A stretch of DNA of 64,000 bases from Trichosphaerium sp. ATCC 40318 (lineage: Eukaryota; Protista; Tubulinea). Location: NCBI GenBank assembly GCA_038496445.1, contig JALMLS010000577.1, positions 682,001 through 746,000 of the forward strand, given 5' to 3'. A program made the position numbers and the translations under genes. This document shows positions 38,889 to 51,393 of this stretch, piece by piece (positions within the stretch are counted from its first letter, which is position 1; each line of letters opens with the position of its first letter). The notes below the pieces were generated by a model. The model did no database searches. It saw only the letters and a list, made by a program, of their open reading frames with translations, and was not told the DNA's origin.

Positions 38889-41742
38889 TTACAAATGAGC
38901 AGACATATAAAATGAACTGCTGAATGACGGTCTTGAGAAGGTAGCTTGTAAGCATTCCTTTGTACCAATTTCAACACGCATGTACAAAGGAAAGTGTATA
39001 GGAAGGTGTGGGATTGTAAACTGGTTTTTGAACAATCTGAATGATAATTTTGCTTCACCACGATCTAGTCTGCTTACTACCAAACTTGATAGACCATCTC
39101 TGTATTTCCATTTCTAGAAAAAAGTCAAACAGTTTCCGACTTAGCGATTCTCAAAAACAGAAAAAGGTTTTACCTTCAAAACTCCTTGGTGAGTAGTTTT
39201 TGGAGTCCAATTGTTCGACCACCATTCGAAATCGAATAAAGCAATCTCTTGTAGATCGTCATTGTATAATGCAAGCGAAACATAGCTGTCTGTAGTCAAA
39301 TCTCCAAAAGTAACAACACTGTCTATTTCCATATCGGCGAAGAGAAAAAAGCGAGATACTCTTATATCAGCATCTTCAGCATCAACACAACGTGCTATTC
39401 AAGAAAAAGTTAGTCGTATTTCGAAGAGTTAAATACTCGTTGCATTTTGTCCAACGTACAGCCAACACCAGGAGCAATAGCCCAAGATCTAGAGAACATG
39501 TTGGTTGGATCCCATACACCTTTTACTCTCTCAAGTCGAGGTATGTTAGTTCCTGTTCATTGTCAGAGATATGTAACAAAGTATGGATACAAACAGAACA
39601 GGAATGTTTACGAAAAGAACCAACATGTGAACGTTTGTTTCAGTTTCACGTACCGAGTGCGTCGAATTCTCTTCCTGTTCTAATACTATTGTAGTTTCCA
39701 TAGAATCCTCTGTTCTGTGCAATGGTTGTCATGCGGAGTAGGAAAGGATCGTAGTAAACTCTAGCAGCTGCGACCTCTTCAGCAGTTCGGTAACTTAAAG
39801 AGTAACTCCAGAGAAATCCGAAATCTCTCGAATAGAATGCGTTCTCGCTTCTTGGTATCTCAGCAACACGCTTCCCAGCGAGTGATATTTCACCAAGTTG
39901 CCCTCTACTTGAAGGTTCACTCACATTAAATCCTCTCATGAACTCATTAAGAATAGCATCAAATATACCAGGTTGTCTAATTCTCTCCTCCGAAATCATT
40001 CCTAGTATTATTAAGTCACGTGACAGAAAAATAGACTTCTACTGTTTTCAAAAACGCACCGTGTTTCCTGTATTGTTGGAAGTTGGTGACGATGGTACTG
40101 AATAGCCTAAGACAGAGTAAGAAAGAAAAGATAAGGACCCAAAAACAAAATCAATCGGAAAAGATAAAACACTTACTGGATGTTGCTATCAAAATTAAAG
40201 TTGTTGTAGAAGAAATATGATACAGGTAATCTATCTTCAATATCTGGGTTTATCCATTCAGGAAAAAAGTCAACGTTATCAACATCAACCAAAGGTCTGA
40301 GTTTCGCTTTTTTTGTTTCTACAGAATCAGGTCCCAAAAATATTATTTCGATGAGAACTCTGAAGAAATCCAATCCAGTTACTCTGTCTGTACGAAGACT
40401 TGGTGTAATCCTCGTTTGAAAGAACTTATTATCGATGAGGTCAGGCATACTGAAGATACGTGTATACCACTCCCTGATTATTTGTTTTCCTTGGTCAGTC
40501 GTATCAGTCCTGTAGTTCAAGTATCCTCCGAAGAAGTTTGATGTATCGAACGTCATTAACGTTATCTTGGTCGCAATACCGTAAGCAGGAAGTGCTCCTC
40601 TAAGCGCAAAGAAAAGTTCTGGGTTAGAATCTTTGTTGACAATGACGATATCTCCTGCTGCTGTAACTAGTTCGTATTCGACTATAACATCAACTCCCAT
40701 GCCGTGTAGTCTTGTCCAAAAACCAAAACCGCCAACAGAAAGATAGCCAGCTAGTAAAAAATGGTCAGAACTAAAGAGGAGAAATAGGTAAAAAATCTCC
40801 ACTATATCACGTGATATTTGTATTGTTTAAAAAAAGTTCGAGTTGGTGATTTGTTTTTTTCCCATTGAACGTACTTGCGCCAATGCTGTTACAATTACCA
40901 ACTGGATGGCCTCTGTTCAAAGGCGCCAAAGCTGCTGTTACATTACCAGCCAACACTCCTAAAAAAAAGAATTGGTAAGAAAAAAGACGTAAATACTGCA
41001 CAGGTGTGAGTTTGTGTGAACAGTTGGGTTTCAGAGTTCAGAATATTATAAAATTGTTAGGTATTTACCTGGTTCTATGGTAGTGTAGTTATTCGCTGGA
41101 TTAATTGTAATATCAGTCATGAGACTAAACTGAAGTTGAATGCCATTGAGTGGTAAATTAAAACCGTCTCCATTATGACCACCTTGGAATAAAATTAAAC
41201 AAACACCTAAATAGCTATTCCCTCTAAAGGCAAAGTAATTTTCTACACGTCCCCAAAAACCGTTAACGAAACGTGTTCTTTTTTTTCAAAGGATAAATTT
41301 ATTTAGTATCCAAAATAGCTAACAGATACGTACCAGCTAAAGCTGTAACTTGGGGTATGTCGTTATTTTTGGCGAACAGAATTGTAGCTCTAACGTCTTG
41401 TGGATTTGATGGTTGTACAATAGCAAGAGGTTGGTCATCTGGTACATCATCATTCAAAGTTACAATAGAATCCCTGAAAACAAAAGTTAAAAAATTTTCG
41501 CTAGCACAATTTGTTTTCGTTAACACTTTGTAATCGTACCTGATATTATGATACCTTGGATCTCCTGGTAGAAGTACGTTGCCACCAATCGAAGCCTCCA
41601 GTGTTGCCCACGGAAAAGTATTTGCTGAACAGCCTACGCACAGGAGAAGCAGAAGAAGCTACATAGGAGGTAAATAGAAGGGCTTTTTCTGATTTTTTTG
41701 TTAAAAGATACAACGTACCGCTATATGCTTGGAAGTATTCAT
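38889..41742 (-). CDS. Secreted berberine-bridge-enzyme-like FAD oxidase with extra C-terminal domain
   Basis: PLAIVQPSNPQDV, AGGHNG, GNCNSIG, GYLSVGGFGFWTRLHGMGVD, PELFFALRG, YGNY, RLERVKGVWDPTNMF; about 130 further residues follow. Confidence 0.9.
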
Positions 41743-42359
41743 AGACGCTTACTAGTTGAATATATGTTCGTGTTTTCCTGTATAGGAGAGCTATTGCGCT
41801 TGTTGTGGATTATTTAAATTTAAAAAAGCTTGCGCGACGGTTCACACTGTGTGACACGTTTAAATAATATGCACTTCGCAGTTTTCTGTCGTCACGTTAT
41901 GTAATAAATCTTAGGCTTCCGCTGTTAAACAATACGTGGATCACATACTCGACGCTGCTTGTAATTTTCAGATATACGATGGTAAAGCGAAGATTTATGT
42001 TTTATTTACACGTGAACACGCACCTAATTTGTTGGTTTGTTTATCTTTTGATGTCACATTGTTTGAAAAATATTTTCAGAACATTTTTGAAGTCAATTGC
42101 GCCTTAGTTTTGCTTTAAAAAGAATGATTGTCTATTGTTACACAAATTTTATAAATATGTTTCTGTATATTTTCAAAATAGTAGTATGGTACTACAATCA
42201 GTGAGGGTCAGCGATACCTTGAGTTAAGAATTGCTTATTCACGTATTGCGGTCCCAATGTTTGTTCTTGAAAACGTGGCACGTGATCCAACAAAGGAGAA
42301 GAAAACAGTAGCTAGTGCCACTTTTAACCATTTTATTTCACGTGGTGAAGACAATTTTG

Positions 42360-43872
42360 TCAGTTTGCGCTTTGACAGTCTGTCAACCGTCTTCCACATC
42401 CAGGTACTTGTGTTGGACATGCTATAAAGTCACATTCACTTAGACGAAGGCTGTTTTGATTTACACGGCTGCAGCAGCTATTAAAACAAGTAATGAGTAT
42501 GATAAAGTTCACTGAGGACGCCTTTAACGTACAAATCAGCATCACCAGTTTCTCCGAACATAGAAGGGCTTTGCACCATGGCAGTTGGTATTATATCGCC
42601 GGTGGCTATCATTAGATCATCTCCAGAACCTCCGTTTAAAATAGTAGGAGAGGCAGCAGTTGGCTCTGAGTAAACAACATAGGTAAAGACAATGCTTAAA
42701 GAAAAAGAAGGTATGCTGTCTCACGTATTGTTATAGATGACCCATAAAGAATGTCATTCCCTGATCCCCCAGATATTGTTTCAATGAGTGAGCATCGAAC
42801 ATCAAGAAAGTCGTCCCCATCGAATCCTTTAAAACAAAGTTAACACGGTCGGTTTCGGAAAAACCTGCCTGTAACTCGATTTGTTTGGCTATTTGCCACT
42901 TCCACACAATCATTATTTACCCCGCCGGATACGTCACCTACTATGGAAGGTCCATTTTCATTATCCAATATTTGGATACAGTCATTTCCTGTTATCCCTG
43001 AAATGAGTTGGTCCCTAGCTGGTGTAAACTACAAACTACAATACTAATCAAACCAACTCTTACGTATCAGTTATATCAGCAATTCTGCTTCCTCGGAATA
43101 TTATAGTGTCGTCACCGTTTACACCTACAGTTCTTTGAACAGTTGACGAAGTCACTATGATACAGTCATCGTCATTGTCTAAAAGAAGAATTATTGTTTT
43201 AAAAATTGTGATGAAAACTTCCAAAAGACTTTGAGGAAGGAAATTCTACCTCCAGATATAGTGTCTGTAATTGTGGAATCTTCGATCATGATGCAGTCTT
43301 CTCCAGCAAGAGAGGATATTCTCCCAACTGTACTTCCCATCACCTTTATGCAATCATCACCACCCGTTCCTCTTATAGAATCAGCATCTGCTGTAACTAC
43401 AATACAATTCATTCCCGTTACTAAAAAGAATAAGTTGGTAAAAAGAGTAAAACACGTGTCAACGGACGCTTTGAATTCACTTTTTTTGGTGTTTAACACT
43501 CAAGAGGAATTTATTGTTTAGGGGTTTTGTGGTTATACGCGCTTGTTGTAAAGGAAAATATACCCACGTGCCAATACTATCTATTTAGAAAGAGCACGTG
43601 GAAAAGGAACAAAAAAATGATCGAATTTGTAACAGAAAACGTACTAGCGCCTCCAGAGGCTACTGTGGTACATGTGGGACCAAAATCGCAGGCATCGCAA
43701 ATTGAAATATCACAGTCACAACCACGAGTGGTAGGAATAGGAGGAGGTAGCTGGGAGTGACATTTGCTTATATCTAGAGAATTAACAAATTAAAAACCCA
43801 AACTGATGGTAGCTACTACGAACAAATAACCAAAAACAGCGTTATCAATTTAAATATCTCCAATATTGCCAT
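42360..43872 (-). CDS. Secreted protein with RTX/hemolysin-type Ca-binding beta-roll repeats and Cys-rich ends
   Basis: Signal peptide MAILEIFKLITLFLVICS; repeats IRGTGGDDCI, ISSLAGEDCI, GVNGDDTI, ISGITGNDCI, ISGGSGNDIL, LNGGSGDDLM, split by spliceosomal introns. Confidence 0.8.
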
Positions 43873-43924
43873 AGTTATCTTTGACGTGTAACTTTAAACT
43901 TCCATCTTAGCAAGATTGTGCACT

Positions 43925-45124
43925 AAACATAAATCTTCATCTCAATCTGTTTTTTGAGGTAGATTGTGGAGACGCTACGTTCAACTGATCTCCGCGTAAG
44001 GAAGTGGTCTTGACTATTTAGCGTAGTTGTAAGCTCTAGAATTCCCTATGAACTTGTAACCTTCTAGAGTTCATTGAAACCGGCTTTGAATAACCTGTTT
44101 TGCTTTTGGTAACATTTTGTGATTGATGGTATCCACCATTGCTCATTGAGATTGACCATCCTTGGCTAGCAGCTACTTTTATAAATCCAAACTACTTTGA
44201 TATTAAAATACAAACTTCTACACAAGTATGGAGAGGTTGAATGGTGATCCGAAAATTATCTTGTTTCTGCATAATCGTTTAGCTTGTATGTTACATAAAA
44301 CCAAATTGATCGTTTCTATCCCAATTAAACAACAACCTAACATCGTAAGAATTTTAGAATAGTAACTCCCGCATACACACCTTTCTTTCCAGAACTTTGT
44401 CCTAAGATCCCACCAAGTAATTTTTTTGAAAATGCAAGGGTTACATCTGATTCAACAAAAAATTGGTAAACTAGTTTGTGGAAAAAAATCAAACTCCGTA
44501 CATGGTTAATCCTTTTCCATCTTCAGATGTGACTATGCCATATTCGTTTGAATAATACGAACTTCCTTTGAGATTCACTCTAACTACAAAAACCTCTGTG
44601 CACAACGAGTTTAACTTACAGGAATAAAATAGGAATGAAGCCACAGTCTTTTCTTTCGGCGTATGTAAATAGATTATTTACGCACGTGTTGGGCTGAAAA
44701 GTGACTTCCTACGTTCAATAGACCATGTCCCAGCTACAAAAACCCATTGTTGAGAATTTGGTAGAAGTAGAAACCTTCTAAGAGCAGAATCTGATAAAAG
44801 ACATCTTGTCAGGTGGTATGAACCGTCTTCGCGAAGTTCAACAAAATTAATCTCTGATTGATTGTCATACCACATTTGTTGGTAGTAATAGTACCTTGAA
44901 GAGCGTTTTAATAAATTCTGTAACGTTTTAGTTTAGTTACCCGCTAACTTGTTTTTTAAGGTCCCCATTGGTTTTTACAAGTGATATAATAACGTCTCGT
45001 ACTGTTTTAGAAGCTAAAGCGTATTGTAGAATCGTATCAAAAGCGCAAAAGCTAAAAACAATTATAAACCACCCAAAAACACTCTATACGCACACTCACG
45101 TAGCAATATGATATAACATCTCAT
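43925..45124 (-). pseudogene. Multi-exon hypothetical gene, 3' part apparently disrupted
   Basis: ATG with a hydrophobic start and several GT-AG exons (e.g. QMWYDNQSEINFVELREDGSYHL); I could not find a clean frame downstream of about 44300. Confidence 0.3.
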
Positions 45125-45569
45125 TAGGTAGGATTACGGTACTTTGAGCACCTTCAATCAGTTCCATCCTATCAAGAATAGGTGCGTATGGTACTAGAAC
45201 CTTCTATCTTTTCGCGTATTGGACTTTACTAAAAACGACTGTGACATAACACGTGATGAACTATGAGCCAAGATTATATCAACAAGCTATGAAGAGCTAA
45301 CATTTTAAAGCAATGCGCAAGAGTTTTGTTGACACGCGTCCTAGCATTCTTGTTTTATTCTGAAAGTCACCGGGGTATTGGCAACTTTCGTTTTACTGCA
45401 ACTTCAACACAACTGCATTTACGTAAGTCTCATACTCTTTTTAAACCAATAACGTTTGTAGTTTTACACTTGTGTCTGTATATTCTCACGAATTCCAGGA
45501 GGAACTTTGCTGTCACAATCCTTAGGATACTGGTAACTGATGTCACCCCTGAATGCCTTGGTATGATCC

Positions 45570-45945
45570 ACCAAATTCAATCAAACTCGAACGTTACTAA
45601 ACCGCCAAACCTCTGCCATTGTGTCTAACAGCAACTACTGTGTAATCACAGGGACGCATTCACACCAATCAATGTATTACGGCAACCAAGTGATCGAATC
45701 ATGGGACGACCAAATTCAATCAAACTCAAACATGACCAAACCTTGCTACCAGAGCAAGGCCAGTGTAGTCATAGGGACACTCAAGCATCAATCAAAGTAT
45801 TGCGGCAAGTGCCAAGTGATTGAAAACCATGGTGGTAGAAAACCCTCTAGTACTCCTCCATAATTGAAAACTAAGTAGAAAACCCGCTAATACCCCTTAC
45901 CAAATTCAATCAAACTCAAACATGACTAAACCGCCAAACCCTTGA
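45570..45945. repeat. Degenerate tandem repeat (units about 140-190 bp)
   Basis: CCAAATTCAATCAAACTC at about 45571, 45710 and 45900; a second shared block GT(A)..CA.AGGGAC...CAATCAA.GTATT.CGGCAA..CCAAGTGAT occurs twice. Confidence 0.8.
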
Positions 45946-46199
45946 AAAAGGACAAACTTTTTCTGATCCTAAAAACTGAATTTATTGAGAAAACTGAATT
46001 TGAGGATCCATTTTTCCTGCATAAATACCACTTGTAAATGTATGTTCTAAGATATAAACACTTACTCGTGTGTTGCGTTAGAGCCACCGAGACGTTAGTC
46101 TTCCTCCAAACCAGTCTTGCTTACTCATACAGTTGCTCATAAAAGTGTTCATCTAACTCAACAAGGAGTGGTACCTGGTGGTATCGTACCGTGTTTATG

Positions 46200-46322
46200 T
46201 CCACACCGCCTTCTCCAACTACTTTACCGCCAACCACACTACCTCCAATGACATCACCTCTACCAACGTAGCGGCCAACTACGCTCCTTCCAACTACGTC
46301 GCCTCATACAACATCAAAACAA
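46200..46322 (+). pseudogene. Remnant of a PPTT mucin-like repeat exon
   Basis: Translates TPPSPTTLPPTTLPPMTSPLPT*RPTTLLPTTSPHTTSK; same repeat style as the 31-38 kb genes, with an internal stop. Confidence 0.55.
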
Positions 46323-46551
46323 ATCAATGTTTCTTATTGAGCTTTGAATGGTCTCTTGTTGGCGGTCAGCTAAGCCGTGTTTTTTGATAAGTCAGGTTCT
46401 GAACGAATAGCGTTAAAAAAGCACGCCAGGCGCGCATCATCCATTTGCGGATACGTAAAAAATACGAGCTTGTCATACACGCAGTTTTTAGCATTTTACA
46501 ACCAAATTAACCCCACAACCTACCAATACGCCGTAAAATACGTTTATTATC

Positions 46552-47295
46552 ATGTCTTTGGAGTATTTACCACCTGAAATACAACAGTACACAAGCTCTC
46601 TTGAAAAACACGCTTATATTGTTTGGCCTTTACTATCAAAACAAACAGCACAAATGACACGATTCAATCTAAACTTTGAACCAGAAGGTACATGGAAGAA
46701 ATGGTCAAAACTCGGAAAAGTCAAGGCACTTGTAGCTAAGAAGAATGGAAAGGCATATGGTACTTATTCAGAGTGGCATGATAACTCACAGTTGGCCAAA
46801 GAAGCTCATTTTGTTAATGGAACATGTCATGGAGAGTATAAAACTTGGCATAAAAATGGTCAGATTTGTTGTATTCAACACTTTGTTGATGGTAGACAAC
46901 ATGGAGAGTTTAAGTTATGGCATGATAATGGTAAGCTTTATCAACATCATCATTATGTCAAAGGGAGAAAACAAGGAGAAGCGAAGGTATGGAGAAAAGA
47001 TGGTACAATAACATCACATGGATATTACATAAAAGGAATGATTGAAAAAACTCTTAAGACCTTCAACAGTCGAGGAAAACCTTTAATGACTTGTGAGTAC
47101 AAGAACGGTATGAAGCATGGTAAGTGTGTTATGTACAGCAATCGTGATACATCAATTGTATACTGCAATTACGTATTTGATACACTACACGGAGAGAAAA
47201 AAACTGTTCGAACAACAAGCGGAGGTACAATATCAACATCTAACTGGTACAACAATGGAGCATTAGTGAATAGCAAGACATCAACAAAAAAGTAA
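46552..47295 (+). CDS. Intronless MORN-variant repeat protein with F-box-like N-terminus
   Basis: 247-aa ORF; repeats such as FVDGRQHGEFKLWHDNGKL; N-terminal LEYLPPEIQQYTSSL...WPLLSK; paralogous to 7217-8386. Confidence 0.85.
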   Translation: MSLEYLPPEIQQYTSSLEKHAYIVWPLLSKQTAQMTRFNLNFEPEGTWKKWSKLGKVKALVAKKNGKAYGTYSEWHDNSQLAKEAHFVNGTCHGEYKTWHKNGQICCIQHFVDGRQHGEFKLWHDNGKLYQHHHYVKGRKQGEAKVWRKDGTITSHGYYIKGMIEKTLKTFNSRGKPLMTCEYKNGMKHGKCVMYSNRDTSIVYCNYVFDTLHGEKKTVRTTSGGTISTSNWYNNGALVNSKTSTKK

Positions 47296-47575
47296 AACAG
47301 ACAACAAACATGGTATTCACATACTCATAAACACAACAAAAGGTTTATCAGTACCTGCATAATGACTTGCAAAAAACATTAGTTGATAACTCTGTCACGT
47401 GTTCCTTCTCGATTAAACACCTCACTTTCTACCTAATTACATTAATATACATATCTAAAATAGCATAAACTAAACCAACAACACTGAGAGCGTTGTTTAT
47501 TACTACACCGCAACAAGACTTTGTTGGACTTTTTTTCTTTTGACGTACTGCATTCCTGTTATTCGACTGTACAAA

Positions 47576-49162
47576 ATGGACTTGCTCTCAAGCCTTCCCG
47601 CAGAGCTAGTCATTATAATACTAGAGAAAACAGATACTTCTGACTGTTTTGTAGCATTAACGGTTTGAAACATTAGCGTTTAGTTGTTAATTAACGCCAT
47701 TAAAACAGGTGAGCAGGTTGCTAAACGAATTACTCATGCATGAGTCAATTTGGAGAAAAACTACTTGCAGGTACATCAATACATCTCGTAGCGCGTTTTA
47801 ACATTAAACCAGAACCTACGGTTTAACTACAAAACCACCAGAGTTTTCTTGGCTTAAATACGCCTCTTTGCTTCGTAAGTCGCGTAAACACTACCTAACA
47901 CTCATGGAAACCTCATAGAGAACAAAACATTCCGTATTAATCAAGAACGTTACGCATCAAAGCACATACAAGTTGCACAATCAACAGAAAAAGGACCCTT
48001 CGATGAAGCCATATTAGTTAAATCTTGCCCAGGAGGAGAGCCTGGTGTTACCGGTAATATAATGTATCCAGGCTCGGTGTACATGTTTGGACTACGACTA
48101 GTTGGTAGCGATGGGATAATGTTTGGTGGTACGGCCAAGAAAAAATATGAGAAAAAAAAAATTGTTCTTCTGGACCTTCTGAGATTGTTTTGACATTTTT
48201 TTTTGGATAGTTTCTGGTCCTGAATGTAAACTTATTCCTCAACTTGGTGGGAGTAAGGATGGGTGGGGATATTGTAAAGACGTACGCCAAAAAACCCTCC
48301 AAGAAAAAAAAGGGAAAAAAGAAAACAAAAAGTAACGTTTTTTGTTACTAGTGTACATGGAAGTTCCACAATCAACAATGGAAAAGTAATGGTTCTTTGA
48401 AGGGAGGCAAGTTTAACAGCTATTTAATAGCTACTTGGGTAGCATATTAATTAACAATACAAAAAAAAACTTCTTCGAAAGCAAATTTTTATTTACATTC
48501 CTCACCATGATATTTATTAGACGGTGTGTATCATCATACGTCGGAATACAAAATATGTATATCACATACAACTATTTTTTATATATTTTGCTTCTTACAT
48601 CACACGTGATTTTTGAGTAATTTCACACGTGTGAAAAAAAACCACAAAAAAAAACTTTTACTTTGTATTTTTGGTAGCAGTTGTTATTAATCTTCTTTTA
48701 GATGTTATGAATGTTGTGTATGATAGTGTAAAAGGACGTATAATTGTCTTCAATACAACACAAGAGAAAAGAGTATGGAGCGGCGTTAATACAACAGGGA
48801 AGGTAGCTATACATGTTTCTTTATGGAAACCACAAGACTACGTAAAGGTATGCACTTTTGTAAGATTCTTATTTCTTTCTTTTTCTTTCTTTCAACATTT
48901 TTTTTATACCCTCAAATACTCGGACATTCGTTTCTTACAGTGAACTGTATGTACAATGCTATGACTCTGTTTTGGTTACTTTTTTATTGGACATCTTTTT
49001 TTTGTTGATTGTGATTTTTTTTGTGTTTAGGGACTATATTGCTTTGCTCTAACAAAGGATGAACAAGATCTTTTAGAAGATAATGATTTTTGCGATAATA
49101 TACTTAAAAAGCATAGTATTACACTATCTCTATCATCTACTCTGTGCAAAGAAGACAACTAA
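47576..49162 (+). CDS. F-box protein with SPRY/B30.2-like beta domain
   Basis: MDLLSSLPAELVIIILEKT...VSRLLNELLMHESIWRKLL (F-box); later LKGDVMNVVYDSVKGRIIVFNT, SPRY-like (weaker call). Confidence 0.7.
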
Positions 49163-49405
49163 CAGTAGAAAAAAACAAATAAACATTGTTGTATTATTTT
49201 TTATTCATCGGCAACCCGAAAGAGAGCCAATGAACTGGTCCGCTAATGTAGCTCTAAAACGTATTTTACTTAAGACTAGTTAAAAGTCAAAATTATATGA
49301 GCCAGGCACTATACATAGGGTGTCAATGGCAATTCTGTTTAATTTACATTACATTTGCTACAACTACAGTTTTTTTCCTCTTCTTTGAAAGTATGACACA
49401 ACATT

Positions 49406-51048
49406 TTATTCATACGAGTTTAGCCAATTCTCTATTATAGTTGTACGATAAGTCTCCCATATTGTAGCCATAAGTTTTGAATCTAAAAGAAACCAAAATG
49501 AGGATCTTTAGTTGAGGAAGAAAAAACTCAAATTGACATTTGAATTGAACTTACCCAGCGCACATGTGAAATGAACAAAAACGTTGTGTTGTGATGTATT
49601 CATAGAAAGAAACTTGCTTTTGAAAAAATTACAAACATCTTGATAGTTATCACTTCCGTTATAGTCAGTAAAGAACTTTTTAACATGACTACCACCAAAT
49701 TTTTCTATCTTAGTTTTTAAAATATCTGTCTTATTCAGAAGTAGGACTATAGATATTCTGTCAAATGCTGGGTGATTTGTTACTTCTTCAAAAAGAGATA
49801 TAGCAATTTGAAAACAATTAGAGCCCTACAATAACACATAAACAACTGAATTTTTACAACCAACAGTACAAACATATTTTAAAAAGCTGTCTTTACTCAA
49901 AAAGTCAGCAGAGCGATGACTGATTTACGTAATTTTAACGTATTCTGCAGCTATTAAAATTGCACAAACTGTACACCAAAAAAAAGGGTAAAATCCTTAT
50001 CCAGATTCAAGTAACAAACACTTATAGTATCGGAATTAAAGAAAAAAGACAGTTTAGAATTTTTGTTTGTACCTCGTTTTTATCATCTTCATCGAAAGCA
50101 CCAATATTAGCAACAAACATAACAGACGTCACAATATCGAAAAAAGGAAGCCACTTCCTTCTCTCGCTTTTCTGTCCTCCAGTATCAACTATCTTAAAAA
50201 CGCGATCATTGAACTAAGACAAAAAAAACGTTAACACATTTTTGAAGGAAACGCAAACTACTAAATGACGGAGAATTATCTGTATAACAGCTACCATTTT
50301 ACACATACCCGTATACGTGTCTCTGTTATACCCGTTGTGCGCATACGCGCACGTAAAACATCCATCATAGTCGGCACATACGAGCTTTCAAAGACATCAT
50401 CAATACGCTTCATCCAATACTCCAATGAGTAAAACTGACCGTGATCACCTCCTTCATCACTATTCCAGAAATTACATACACCTAACGCAATGAGTTATAC
50501 GAATACATCTCCATAACACGCTTGAAGTAGAGTATCTTCGAAGCGATTTTGAGAAGGGTACCTGGGTCTTCCCATAATAATTTAGCGCTTTTAACAAACT
50601 CTTGATCCAAATGAGACACTTCGTAAGGGTTTAACTGCTTCAAAAATTTTCGAAAAAACTGTCTGTTATTGTATCTCTTTATTCTCTGTCTGGCTATTAA
50701 AAAATCGTTAGTTAGTACGATTATACTCATGTACTAGCGCAAGGAGTGCTAGTTAAATCTACCATTTATAAAATCATCACAAAACGTGCCTGAGGTTCCC
50801 AGATTCTGTAGTCCTGCTACTATATTATGTTTTGCTATATTTATATACACTTGACGTTGTTCATCAGTTTTGTACTCTCCTCCATACAGGTTTTGTAATT
50901 GTTTTCGTATTGTTGTCTTCCCTGTACCAGCTGGTCCTAGTATGAGTACAGAGATCTCATTTTGTTGCCTGTCGTTTTCTTCACGAAGCTGTTTTTCTAT
51001 TGTACCGCTAGACGAACGTCTAATACGACTACCACATAAGCACATCAT
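49406..51048 (-). CDS. Heterotrimeric G-protein alpha subunit
   Basis: VLILGPAGTGKTTIRKQL, DVLRARMRTTGI, DTGGQKSERRKW, LLLNKTD, HFTCALD. Confidence 0.95.
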
Positions 51049-51393
51049 CTTTAGGATGCTAACAATGATGTGTAAGTTCCACAAAAGGAACTAAGGCGTA
51101 CGATTTCGTTTGTTGTTTGCTTTTTATTCAAACATTTTAAAATTAATAAAAATTTCTCGATTACGAATACCGTAAAAAAGCTATCCATGGCGGGTACGCA
51201 AAATAAGATAGCCAAGAATTGCACTTTGCAATTTACCGATAGCATGTTTATTTCGATGAACAGTAATTGTAGATTTTGAAGTTTATTATTGAGTTCTCAG
51301 ACGCTTGTTACCTCAAAAGGGTGGGCAGCAAATATCAAAGATGGCGTAGGTATGGTTTTTTTTTTGAAATGACTGATTTGTTTCATCGTTTTT

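Noticed and set aside
45570-45945. FNIP-repeat coding sequence (KFNQ in one frame)
   Set aside because: That frame has stops and lacks the LPxSLxxLxFG part and the 22-residue period.
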